This document shows, piece after piece, positions 38,189 to 48,823 of a DNA stretch of 60,321 nt; position 1 is the stretch's first letter; each line of letters starts with the position of its first letter. The position numbers and the translations under genes are program-made. The DNA is from Pyrinomonadales bacterium (lineage in GTDB: Bacteria; Acidobacteriota; Blastocatellia; Pyrinomonadales; Pyrinomonadaceae), in assembly GCA_038256005.1 (NCBI GenBank), contig JBBSKW010000001.1, positions 1 through 60,321 on the forward strand. The letters are read 5' to 3'. The notes beneath the pieces are model-generated. The model saw nothing but the letters and a program-made list of their open reading frames with translations. It searched no databases and had not been told where the DNA came from.

Positions 38189-38703
38189 AGAAAGCAGCCT
38201 TTATCGATCGCGACGGAACACTTATCGAAGAGGTAAATTTTCTATCGAACGTCGATGATCTAAAGATATTTGATTACACGCACGAAGCACTCGATCTGCT
38301 TCGTGCGAACGGATTTCGCATCTTTGTTGTTACCAACCAGTCAGGTATCGGCCGAAACCTTTACGATGAGGCGGCAATGCACTCGATCCATGAAGCGATG
38401 AACGAACGCCTGGGCGACCGTATCGACGCGTATTATTTTTGCCCTCATCTTCCCGATGCAGGCTGCATGTGCCGCAAACCGAACCTTGGAATGATCGAAG
38501 CCGCACAACGTGATTTTGAATTTGAGCTCGAAGGATCGTGGATGATCGGTGACAAGGGCTTGGATATTAAGACCGGAATGAATGCGGGAATTGCAACGGC
38601 GATGGTATTGACCGGTTACGGTAGCAAACACTTGGACCAACTAGACCGACAGCCTGACATCGTCGCCGACAACTTGATCGAAGCCGTCCGTCGGATCGTC
38701 TAA
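38185..38703 (+). CDS. gmhB: D-glycero-D-manno-heptose 1,7-bisphosphate phosphatase
   Basis: 172 aa with HAD motif I FIDRDGT, VVTNQSGIGR, and the zinc motif CPHLPDAGCMCRKP. Confidence 0.85.
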   Translation: MKKAAFIDRDGTLIEEVNFLSNVDDLKIFDYTHEALDLLRANGFRIFVVTNQSGIGRNLYDEAAMHSIHEAMNERLGDRIDAYYFCPHLPDAGCMCRKPNLGMIEAAQRDFEFELEGSWMIGDKGLDIKTGMNAGIATAMVLTGYGSKHLDQLDRQPDIVADNLIEAVRRIV

Positions 38704-40206
38704 GCTACGGTCAACGCCATTCTGATATTGCGGAAGCGTTACAGTAAACTCGGCGCCTTTGCCGTCGCCTTCGCTCGTTACCGCAACTGAACCGTTATGC
38801 AGTTCGGCCAGATTTCGAACGATAGCAAGCCCGAGTCCAAGCCCGGCATTATCTTGCCTTTCGCGTTCGGCATCTTGACGAAAACGTTCGAAGACCGACG
38901 GCAAGAATTCAGAGCTAATGCCGATTCCTTCATCCCGAACAAAAACGGTCGCCTTACCGTCACACGGCAGCATCGAAACATGGATCGTCGCGCCTTCGCC
39001 GGAAAACTTGATCCCATTCTCTATCAGGTTTGAAAACACCTGAACCAGCCGATTCCGGTCACCTTCGACGAGGCAGGTGTCGGCAGGTTTATCCTTGAAC
39101 TCTATTTTTACGTCTTTCTTTGCCGCCGCCGGCCGCAGGCTCTCTACCGAATGTTCGACCACAGCCGCAAGGTCGATCGCTTCGAACTCAAGCCGCAGTT
39201 TACCCGAGATCAGACGCGCAACATCTAGCAGATCTTCAATGAGTCGGTTCTGATTTTCTGAGCTGCGTATGATGGTGGAGACGGCCTTTTGCTGCTGACT
39301 CTCGTCGAGGTTTCCGTCTTTAAGGAGGCGCGCCCAACCGAGGATCGAATTCAAAGGCGTCCGCAGTTCGTGTGATACAGTCGCCATAAACTCATCCCGC
39401 AAACGATTGGCGATCTCCGCATCGCGACGCGCGGATTTTTCGTTGAAAAGCAAATCTTCGCGTTCGCCTCCGATTTGCAAAAGCCTTTCGTTTACAGCCT
39501 CAAGCCTCTCCGTCCGCTCGGCTATTCGCAATTCCAATTCCTGATTCGCTTTAACAAGAGCACCTTCCGCATTTCGCCGCCGCCCAAACTCTCGAAAAAC
39601 TAACAAATTTGCTAGGACAAGTGCCGCAATGCCGGCGATACTACTAATGATCAGGATCCAAATAGTTTTGTATAAGCTATCCGAAAGGCTTTTTTGGCGA
39701 CGATCAAGCAAGCTTGATTCCTCAGCCTTCAGCTTTTCGATCGAAGCCCGCATTCCATTCGTCGCCGTTTTGACCCGTTGCGGCGAAAACTTTATCGCAG
39801 CCGAATCAGCGTCCGCGGTCGCACGCGTTTCGATAGTGTCCGCGGTGATCGCAAAGTATTCGGAGACATAGGCTTGCAGTCGGTCGAGCTCGGCAAGGTG
39901 AGATTTGTTTTCCACGGAACGCTGCCGAAGGTGATCTAGATTTTGTCTGATCTGTTGTTCGGCTCGGCGGTGTGGTTCCAGGTAAGTTCCGCTGCCGACC
40001 ATTGTGTAACCACGTACGGCTGCTTCGGAATCGATTATAAGATAAAGGACCTGGTCGAGCCGAGCGATGACGTCCTGCGAATGCTTCTGCCATCCTAGTG
40101 CCTGCTGTGACGAAACCGTGCTCTGGTAAAACACGATTCCGATCGTCGCCAGCATCAAGAAAACGAAGGCGGAAACTAACGGTAATTTGCGTTCGATCTT
40201 AAACAC
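38641..40206 (-). CDS. CHASE3-domain sensor histidine kinase
   Basis: 521 aa with a TM segment, a CHASE3-like periplasmic region (EAAVRGYTMVG), a second TM segment and a coiled coil. The HisKA H-box is FMATVSHELRTPLNSILGW. The HATPase N/G boxes are present. The start is GTG. Confidence 0.85.
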   Translation of the reverse strand: MFKIERKLPLVSAFVFLMLATIGIVFYQSTVSSQQALGWQKHSQDVIARLDQVLYLIIDSEAAVRGYTMVGSGTYLEPHRRAEQQIRQNLDHLRQRSVENKSHLAELDRLQAYVSEYFAITADTIETRATADADSAAIKFSPQRVKTATNGMRASIEKLKAEESSLLDRRQKSLSDSLYKTIWILIISSIAGIAALVLANLLVFREFGRRRNAEGALVKANQELELRIAERTERLEAVNERLLQIGGEREDLLFNEKSARRDAEIANRLRDEFMATVSHELRTPLNSILGWARLLKDGNLDESQQQKAVSTIIRSSENQNRLIEDLLDVARLISGKLRLEFEAIDLAAVVEHSVESLRPAAAKKDVKIEFKDKPADTCLVEGDRNRLVQVFSNLIENGIKFSGEGATIHVSMLPCDGKATVFVRDEGIGISSEFLPSVFERFRQDAERERQDNAGLGLGLAIVRNLAELHNGSVAVTSEGDGKGAEFTVTLPQYQNGVDRSLDDPTDGFDQVVGDDVRLSV

Positions 40207-40350
40207 TATCGGTCGATCAAGTACTCATTCAGCAGAAAACATAAGCGAGGGAAAACCGGGGCACGTCTTCAATAATAATACGATTTCGCCCGCCGAACCA
40301 AATTGGACTCAAGGTCTCGACAAAAGCTTCTAAGCGAAAACAATTGCTGA

Positions 40351-42096
<1,746 letters not shown>

Positions 42097-42366
42097 TTAC
42101 GCAGGCGGTTCTGACTTGCCGTCCTCTTTCTTTTTCTGGTAACGCCCGTCCTTCATTTGCGTGATCACTTCCTTCGATTTTGCCGCCTCCGGATTCATCA
42201 GTTCCTGTAGTGCGTTCATCGATGCACCGAGGCCTGTTGTTCCTTCCGCCGCGTTTCGTTCAAATTCTTCGGCGGTACAGGTCTGCGGCTTTGAAAGCAT
42301 CTTCAGCCCCACCGCGACTCCGACGATCAGTAAAATAAAAAATCCTAGTCCGATCCAATCGCCCAT
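42097..42366 (-). CDS. Hypothetical small membrane protein
   Basis: 89 aa with one N-terminal TM helix. Its ATG immediately follows the kdsB stop (TAAATG). Confidence 0.5.
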   Translation of the reverse strand: MGDWIGLGFFILLIVGVAVGLKMLSKPQTCTAEEFERNAAEGTTGLGASMNALQELMNPEAAKSKEVITQMKDGRYQKKKEDGKSEPPA

Positions 42367-43197
42367 TTATGCCAAGAGTTCGTGTGCTTTTTGCTCGGCT
42401 TCGAGCAAAGCCCTGACTAATTTCAAATCAGCGTCGGTATCAACGCCGATCGACCGCGACGTCGATTCGACCGCCTTGATCCGTGCACCGTTCTCAAGTG
42501 CGCGAAGCTGCTCAAGCATCTCCGACCTTTCCAAATGCGTGGGCTGCAGTTTTGTAAACTCTAACAGAAACTCTCGCCGATAAACGTAAAGCCCGGTGTG
42601 CTTATGAAAAGACTTGAGCAATTCAGGCTCATGCCGCAAAGCACTAACCAGATCGCCGCCATGTCGCTCAGCTGAAACCCGAGGGAACGGTAGAGGCGAA
42701 CGCGAAAAATATACTGCATTTCCATTTTCGCCGACCGCGATCTTTACGATGTTCGGATTCAAAAGGTCTTCAATGCTTTCGATCTCTTCAAAAGTGGTAG
42801 ACATCTCGGCGGATGGATCGTTGATCAAGGCTCGCACGGCTTGATCGATGGTCGCGGGCGAGATCACCGGTTCATCGCCTTGCACATTGACGATGATCGA
42901 ACCATCCAGCAAACTCTGAGCGACCTCTGCAACCCGATCGCTACCGGACAAATGCTCAGCCGAGGTCATCACGGCTTCGTGTCCCGCCCGTTCTACTGCT
43001 TTGACAATTCGTTCGTCGTCCGTCGCGACGATCACGCGCGAAACGTAGCCCGCTTCCCTTGCCCGATCCGCCGTGTGAACGATCAGCGGTTTTCCTGCAA
43101 GTTCGAGCAACATTTTGCCCGGCAAACGGGTAGATGCGTACCTTGCGGGCACGATCGCGATGACATTTTGTAGGGTGTTCTTCCCGTTAGGCTCCAC
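42367..43197 (-). CDS. kdsB: 3-deoxy-manno-octulosonate cytidylyltransferase (CMP-KDO synthetase)
   Basis: Contains IAIVPARYASTRLPGKML and VNVQGDEP. The start is GTG. Confidence 0.9.
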   Translation of the reverse strand: MEPNGKNTLQNVIAIVPARYASTRLPGKMLLELAGKPLIVHTADRAREAGYVSRVIVATDDERIVKAVERAGHEAVMTSAEHLSGSDRVAEVAQSLLDGSIIVNVQGDEPVISPATIDQAVRALINDPSAEMSTTFEEIESIEDLLNPNIVKIAVGENGNAVYFSRSPLPFPRVSAERHGGDLVSALRHEPELLKSFHKHTGLYVYRREFLLEFTKLQPTHLERSEMLEQLRALENGARIKAVESTSRSIGVDTDADLKLVRALLEAEQKAHELLA

Positions 43198-43286
43198 GGG
43201 ATTCTAGGCTATCTGCATTTTCCGTTTAACACAAGAGGCGAATTTCGAAACTTGGCTGACGGCTGCCGTTTCATTACACTTAAAGC

Positions 43287-44147
43287 GTGGAAAATATCCA
43301 AGCAATAGAGGCCGACCAACCGTTCAAGCCCTTATCAAACGACTCAGCGAATCCATCACCAGATAACCCGCCGTGGGGTAGCTGGGCTGCTTTCGGCGTT
43401 TGGGTTGCGAGCGTAGCGTTGGTCATAATTTGTCCTTTGATCTTCGTTCTTCCGTACATTGCCTCGGTCGGGATCCTGAACGACCGCGAACAGTTTCAGT
43501 TAGCTGTAAAAACAGACCCGACCGCTGTCTTTCTCCAGATCATCGGCATTATTCCTGCACATTTGCTGACGCTTGCTCTCGCGTGGTTTGTCGTAACCCG
43601 CGGCCGGACGTTTTCGTTCAAAGAAATGCTTGGATGGGAGTGGAACGGCTTTCGTGTATATCACGCGATCTTGATCTCGGTCGGTTTTTACGGACTTGCG
43701 ATTATTGCGTTACTGATATTTGGCGACGTCGAAAACGAGTTCGACATAATGCTCAAATCTTCGCGGTACATTGTTTACGTCGTCGCATTCTTCGCGATCG
43801 TCACAGCACCAATTGTCGAAGAAGTTGTTTACCGCGGCCTGATGTATTCGGCATTTCAGCGGACGCTGGGAAAAGTTGCTGGCGTTTTGCTGGTTACTTT
43901 CCTTTTTGCTCTGGTCCACGGGGCCCAATACAGCGTTGGCGGACAGCCGGATTACGCGGTGATGTCCGTACTCTTATTGCTAAGCCTCACTTTGACGGTG
44001 CTTCGAGCGAAAAGCGGGAATCTGCTGCCTTGCATAGTGCTGCATATCGTTTTCAATTCGATCCAATCGATCCTATTGATCGCAGAGCCATTCCTTCGCC
44101 CGTTCATGGAGAATGCCGAACAGACGGTCAGTTTGTTTGCAAAATAA
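43287..44147 (+). CDS. CPBP-family intramembrane glutamic endopeptidase (CAAX protease-like)
   Basis: A multi-TM protein with the motifs EEVVYRG, FALVHG and HIVFNS. Confidence 0.8.
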   Translation: MENIQAIEADQPFKPLSNDSANPSPDNPPWGSWAAFGVWVASVALVIICPLIFVLPYIASVGILNDREQFQLAVKTDPTAVFLQIIGIIPAHLLTLALAWFVVTRGRTFSFKEMLGWEWNGFRVYHAILISVGFYGLAIIALLIFGDVENEFDIMLKSSRYIVYVVAFFAIVTAPIVEEVVYRGLMYSAFQRTLGKVAGVLLVTFLFALVHGAQYSVGGQPDYAVMSVLLLLSLTLTVLRAKSGNLLPCIVLHIVFNSIQSILLIAEPFLRPFMENAEQTVSLFAK

Positions 44148-44149
44148 AA

Positions 44150-44174
44150 AGGACAGGAAATTTCTTCCTGTCCT
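44150..44174. terminator. Bidirectional hairpin terminator between convergent genes
   Basis: AGGACAGGAA-ATTTC-TTCCTGTCCT, preceded by an A-rich tract. Confidence 0.6.
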
Positions 44175-44198
44175 TGCTGCTCTTAATCTGTCTTGATC

Positions 44199-45356
44199 CT
44201 ACTGAGGTTTTCCAACCAAAGTGCCACCGCTCGACTGTTTGCCTCCGCCGTCCGATGAAGGTGGAGGTGAAGATGGTGCAAAGATCGGCCCCGAATCGGC
44301 CTGTCGGCCGCGTGGGAAACTAAATGCGCCTCGGTCTTCCTGGAAGACGGTTTTGCCTTCCTGCCGCTGCATTTGTGAAAAAGGTGGAGAAGACGGTTCA
44401 CCTCCGCCAACTCGATGTCCACGGGTGCGCGTCTCGTTCCGAACCGGCACGGTCGGTTGCGTCGGCTGCGTCCCGCCACCCGAGGGCGGGTAGTAAATCA
44501 CCGGCGGCAGATTGTACCAACCAATATAGCGTCCATAACCATATCCATAAGGTGATGACCAGCCATATCCGAAAGGTAGGAAACAATATCCGGCACGGAA
44601 GGGATCGTAAACCCACACGCCGAACGAGTTGTACATATTCCAACGTCCGCCGCGATAGGAATTCAATAATGACGATTGCATTGTGCGGTTATCGAGCGAA
44701 GCGACCATTTTGGCCAGCTCTTTCGAACGTGCTTTGCTCCAATCGTCCAGAGAGTCTGTTTCATCGCGATCAAACTTAGCTACCTTAAACTGCCCGTCTC
44801 CACCAAACGATTCTCGTCCGCCTTTGAGGAGCTCGCCGTTAATATCGCCGAATCGGGCACGGCCCTTTCTGACCGAAAATGTGCTTTCTTCTTCAGACAC
44901 GTCCAAGCGAAAAACACCGGAATCGACAACCACAAACTTAGAATGAGGGCCCGCAACTGTTACCAAAAAGTCGTTGCTCGCAAAAACTTCAAAGATCGCC
45001 GCCCCTTTGTGGAGCTTAAGGCTCATGTTTTCGAGATCCGTCGAGATGAACTCAAATTCGCTGTCTCCGCCGATACGCACATAGGAGCCGGGATTTAAGA
45101 GAATCTCGACCTTTCCATTCGTACCCGTCGTAACGCGGTCGCCAACTCCAACATTGTCGTTCTTTAAAAGTGTTCGGCTTTGGCCGCCGGCTAACTGAAT
45201 GCTTACGTCGCCGACGATCTGGTTCACTCCGCCCGCCTTAGCCGATATAACATACTTGCTCTGAACTTTCGGCGTTCGCTCCTGCGAAAAGGCAGCGACC
45301 GAAACAAAACCCATGATCAGACCGAGGGCGGCAAGTCTAAAAGTATTTTTCCACAT
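44199..45356 (-). CDS. FecR-domain secreted protein with a G/P/Y-rich C-terminal low-complexity region
   Basis: It has a signal peptide and a FecR-like block (GDRVTTGTNGKVEILLNPGSYVRIGGDSEFEF). The C-terminus is rich in GY/GW/P repeats. Confidence 0.6.
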   Translation of the reverse strand: MWKNTFRLAALGLIMGFVSVAAFSQERTPKVQSKYVISAKAGGVNQIVGDVSIQLAGGQSRTLLKNDNVGVGDRVTTGTNGKVEILLNPGSYVRIGGDSEFEFISTDLENMSLKLHKGAAIFEVFASNDFLVTVAGPHSKFVVVDSGVFRLDVSEEESTFSVRKGRARFGDINGELLKGGRESFGGDGQFKVAKFDRDETDSLDDWSKARSKELAKMVASLDNRTMQSSLLNSYRGGRWNMYNSFGVWVYDPFRAGYCFLPFGYGWSSPYGYGYGRYIGWYNLPPVIYYPPSGGGTQPTQPTVPVRNETRTRGHRVGGGEPSSPPFSQMQRQEGKTVFQEDRGAFSFPRGRQADSGPIFAPSSPPPSSDGGGKQSSGGTLVGKPQ

Positions 45357-45538
45357 TGTTTAAGGCTCCTTAGGAAGAGTGTTTCCCTAATCCTAACCAC
45401 TTTCAGCAAAAATAACAAGATTTTAACGTCAATGAGATGACGGGGAAGATTCCTGACGTTGCCGAAATTTTTTGAACAACCAATTCGCAACACTCGTAAT
45501 CTTACTTAGCGACCGGACACATCCGGGGAATACAAGAG

Positions 45539-45796
45539 ATGGCAACTACAAAAGATCCAGCACAATGTTTCGCACCGCTCGAAGTGATCGAGCGACTCCT
45601 CGAAATACGCGAGGAATTAGGATTTTCCAAGACTTTATATCTCGACCGCGCCGATCAGCTCACGGATTTTTTAGATTCTTACGGATTTGATATTTACGCT
45701 TTCTCTACGCGAAACGAGAAGCTGAATTACGGCGATTACCGTACGCCGGTAGTACCGGGCGGCGATGTGCATCACTTATCTGAAGTCGCACACTAG
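45539..45796 (+). CDS. Hypothetical protein
   Basis: An 85-aa ORF with no recognisable motif. Confidence 0.4.
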   Translation: MATTKDPAQCFAPLEVIERLLEIREELGFSKTLYLDRADQLTDFLDSYGFDIYAFSTRNEKLNYGDYRTPVVPGGDVHHLSEVAH

Positions 45797-45882
45797 TTCG
45801 ATCAAGCAAAGTATAAGTTCACAATCAACTGAAGGAACGCGGAAGGTGATCGAGCGATCGGTGGCTTTCCGCTTTCTTCTTT

Positions 45883-47178
45883 TTATTTAGCCTTAACGAT
45901 GAATATTGTCCCATCGTCGTCGAGATATTTATTTTCGGTAAATTCGGAAACGTCCTTTCTGACGTAGTCGATCATTTCTTTTGCCGTAAGATTCTTACAC
46001 TCGAGAATACAAGCGGCAAATCTTTCTTTTCCATATTCTTCGCCTGTTTCGTTGGTAGCTTCGGTGATCCCGTCCGTGTAGATGACCAAAATCTCACCCG
46101 GCTTTCTAAAACGTGCGAAATGCTGGTGGTATCGGGCATCGCGAAACATTCCAAGCGGAAGATCGCCAAATTCAACAAATTCGATCGCATCGTCAGCTCG
46201 AATTATCATCAGCGGATTGTGACCTGCGTTCGAGAAAACGAATGTCCGGTTTGTGCAATCCAGAATGCCATAAACCGCCGTAATGAATTGATGATCTTCC
46301 ACTGAATCCCAAAGCAGATTATTGACCTTTGACATCGCGATGTGCGGCGCATAGCCTTCCTGAACGCCGGCTCGTAATGACGCACGAAGAAACGACATCA
46401 GTAGTGCCGCAGGAATTCCCTTTCCAACCGCGTCAGCCACTACGATCCCAAGCTGGTCATCAAAGATCTTTACCCAATCGTAATAATCGCCTGAAACTTC
46501 TTCGGTCGGGAAAATATAGGCACTGATGTCAAAGTTTTCAACTTCAGGGTCTTCGTCGGGCAAAAGCTCTAATTGAACCTGCCGAGCTATCTCTAGCTGA
46601 GCTTCAATCCGCTTCTTCTCGACGGCCTGTTCGTGGAGGTTGACCTTTTCAATGATGATCGCGACCTGCGAGGTCAATAGCTGCAGGACCGCAAGATCGT
46701 CCTCCGAGTAGGCGTTAAGTGCGTCACTTTCAAGGTCAAACGCACCGATAACTTTATCGTTCGAAATGATCGGCGCTACCATCTCAGACTTCGTACGGAT
46801 TCGCGCTTTGAAATATCTTTCGTCCTGCTCAACGTCCGGCGAAATGATCGCCTGGCCGGTCTGAGCGACCCGGCCGAGAAAGCCCTCGCCGAGTTTCAAA
46901 CGCGGTTCGATCAGCTCAAAACTAATTTCATAACCGCGGATGACGCGAGATTTGAAAATGTACTGATCACCGTCGTCTTCGTTGGTTTCGATCAGGTAAA
47001 TTCCGGCGGCATCATATGGCAAAAGCGTGCCGAGTGTGTCCATTACCAGATTTAACACTTCATCGAGATTCAACGAACGACTGATCTTCTTAGTGATATC
47101 GAGCAGCATTCGCAACTTATCCACGGTAGCAAGCTCTGGCCGATGTACTGAAGTATTGGGTTGGACTATGTCGTTCAT
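45883..47178 (-). CDS. GAF-domain PP2C-type (SpoIIE/RsbU-like) serine phosphatase
   Basis: 431 aa. An N-terminal GAF domain is followed by a PP2C/SpoIIE domain (EEVSGDYYDW, VADAVGKGIPAALLM, YTDGITEA). Confidence 0.85.
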   Translation of the reverse strand: MNDIVQPNTSVHRPELATVDKLRMLLDITKKISRSLNLDEVLNLVMDTLGTLLPYDAAGIYLIETNEDDGDQYIFKSRVIRGYEISFELIEPRLKLGEGFLGRVAQTGQAIISPDVEQDERYFKARIRTKSEMVAPIISNDKVIGAFDLESDALNAYSEDDLAVLQLLTSQVAIIIEKVNLHEQAVEKKRIEAQLEIARQVQLELLPDEDPEVENFDISAYIFPTEEVSGDYYDWVKIFDDQLGIVVADAVGKGIPAALLMSFLRASLRAGVQEGYAPHIAMSKVNNLLWDSVEDHQFITAVYGILDCTNRTFVFSNAGHNPLMIIRADDAIEFVEFGDLPLGMFRDARYHQHFARFRKPGEILVIYTDGITEATNETGEEYGKERFAACILECKNLTAKEMIDYVRKDVSEFTENKYLDDDGTIFIVKAK

Positions 47179-47789
47179 TTACTGCCGGTGAAGATAGATG
47201 CTTGATATAGGTCCCAAAGCTTTGACACCTTTATTCTGTATTCGACCAAGGCACGGCTAACGTTAAAATGCCGTGCGATCTGTGCGATGGTCATTCCGTC
47301 TCGAATGTAGCGTTTCAGTGAGCTGTACGGCACTAACGCTGCGGCTCCGGTTCCGTAGGCTTCCTCTTCGATAACTTTGTTGTAGTCGCGGGCGATAGTC
47401 CTTCCCGATCTATCTTTGCGTTCGATCGCCAGCCTGCTCGGCTTGTGGCCAAGAAAGACGTGGCTAACCTCTTCCATAAGTGTAGCATTATGGCGATTTT
47501 TGCCATGTGTCGGGTTTAATATTATCAGCTTGCGTCCGTCAGGAAGTTTTATTGACGCGGCACCGCCTGACCAATCGTTTTTGCCTTGACCAAGAAGCTG
47601 AGCCCGAGTCTCATCGGAAAGCTGATCGATCGTCGAGAACGGTACGACAAGCAGCTTTGCATAGTGAGCAAGTTCGAACGGGTTCAGTGGTGCCTCGTCA
47701 TTCCGCAATCCCGCGAATTCTCTCAATCCACGGGCGCTCAATTCGAACTGGCGGCCTTTCTGGGTTGGCGGGAGTTCATCGGTGTCCAT
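47175..47789 (-). CDS. ImmA/IrrE (M78)-like protein with a variant metal-binding motif
   Basis: 204 aa. ATLMEEVSHVFLGH aligns with FTLAHELGHxxLH of the M78 family, with EEVSH in place of HExxH. The downstream EEEAYGTGAAALVP and IARHFNVSRALVEYRI blocks match the family C-terminus. It overlaps the phosphatase gene by 4 nt (ATGA). Confidence 0.6.
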   Translation of the reverse strand: MDTDELPPTQKGRQFELSARGLREFAGLRNDEAPLNPFELAHYAKLLVVPFSTIDQLSDETRAQLLGQGKNDWSGGAASIKLPDGRKLIILNPTHGKNRHNATLMEEVSHVFLGHKPSRLAIERKDRSGRTIARDYNKVIEEEAYGTGAAALVPYSSLKRYIRDGMTIAQIARHFNVSRALVEYRIKVSKLWDLYQASIFTGSK

Positions 47790-47858
47790 CGAAATAGTGA
47801 AGCCCGTGAAATGGCCACGGGCACTATCAAAACTTCATCGAGCCTAAAAACGCGGTCT

Positions 47859-48380
47859 CTAAAATACCTTAAATTCAGAATCTACGTCTTCATCCGAAAG
47901 AGCGACGCGGTAGTTCTTTGACTGAACCTGTTTCGTGATCAAAAGGTCGTCCTTGGTCTTTAGAAGGTCAGCTCGGTTATAAACCGAGATCTCGAAATTG
48001 TAGCCGTGCGTGATCGCATCTTTCGGACAAGCTTCAACGCAAAATCCGCAGAAGATACAACGGCCGTAATCGATGTTGTAAACCTTCGCAAATCGCTCGT
48101 CGCGACCGACGCGGTCGGCGTAAGGACGCGGATCCGTCTCTGCCTCAATGTAAATGCAATCGGACGGGCAGGCAGCGGCACAAAGATAGCACGCGACGCA
48201 TTTTTCCTTACCGGCTTCATCTACATGCAACAAATGCTGGCCGCGATAACGCGGTTGCACGGTTACCGGTTGCTCAGGGTAATGAACCGTCCACTTCTTG
48301 CGTGGAATCTCGGAAAGCGTCCGCTTCATTCCCTTAAGAACTGCGGAGGTCGAAGTTATAACGTCTGAAATTAATGACAT
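47859..48380 (-). CDS. nuoI: NADH-quinone oxidoreductase subunit I-like 2x[4Fe-4S] protein
   Basis: 173 aa with CVACYLCAAACPSDCI and CIFCGFCVEACPKDAI. The N-terminal region is typical of NuoI/TYKY (HYPEQP...RYRG). Confidence 0.8.
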   Translation of the reverse strand: MSLISDVITSTSAVLKGMKRTLSEIPRKKWTVHYPEQPVTVQPRYRGQHLLHVDEAGKEKCVACYLCAAACPSDCIYIEAETDPRPYADRVGRDERFAKVYNIDYGRCIFCGFCVEACPKDAITHGYNFEISVYNRADLLKTKDDLLITKQVQSKNYRVALSDEDVDSEFKVF

Positions 48381-48406
48381 CTGCTAAAACAATTCGTAAA
48401 AATTGG

Positions 48407-48730
48407 CTATTTTGAGAATGTGTAGGCGATAAACCCAAGGTTGAGTATCGCATATAAAGTGGGCACAATGATCGCCAAGGCCCCAACAATAACCCCGGCG
48501 ATTGCGAGTCCTTTTCCGCTATATTTTTCAGGATCACTCTTGGTGCGGCTAATTCCCAGAAAACCAACGATGACTGCGGCAACGCCAAGAATAAATGGAA
48601 AGACCGAACAGAACCAGATAATGAGGGCCGGAACCATCAAAAACAAGCCAACCACTCCCAGAGCAATCGATACGATTCCCATCACGGGACTAGGGCTCGT
48701 CGGCGTATGATTCTGATATTGAGCGTTCAT
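48407..48730 (-). CDS. DUF4190-like small membrane protein
   Basis: 107 aa. Two TM hairpins flank GISRTKSDPEKYSGKGLAIAGVIVG, which is characteristic of DUF4190. Confidence 0.65.
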   Translation of the reverse strand: MNAQYQNHTPTSPSPVMGIVSIALGVVGLFLMVPALIIWFCSVFPFILGVAAVIVGFLGISRTKSDPEKYSGKGLAIAGVIVGALAIIVPTLYAILNLGFIAYTFSK

Positions 48731-48823
48731 AGCTGAAGCAAAATTCGTAAATTAGATGACCATAATGCCGAAGTCATCAAAAGCCCGAATTCGAGCTGTT
48801 TCCTTTCTAGTACCGTCAGCCTA

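Noticed and set aside
43400-44323. 307-aa plus-strand ORF in the track
   Set aside because: It overlaps the CPBP protease gene in a different frame. Its Arg/Cys/Ser-rich composition is typical of an out-of-frame shadow ORF. The CPBP frame carries the family motifs.
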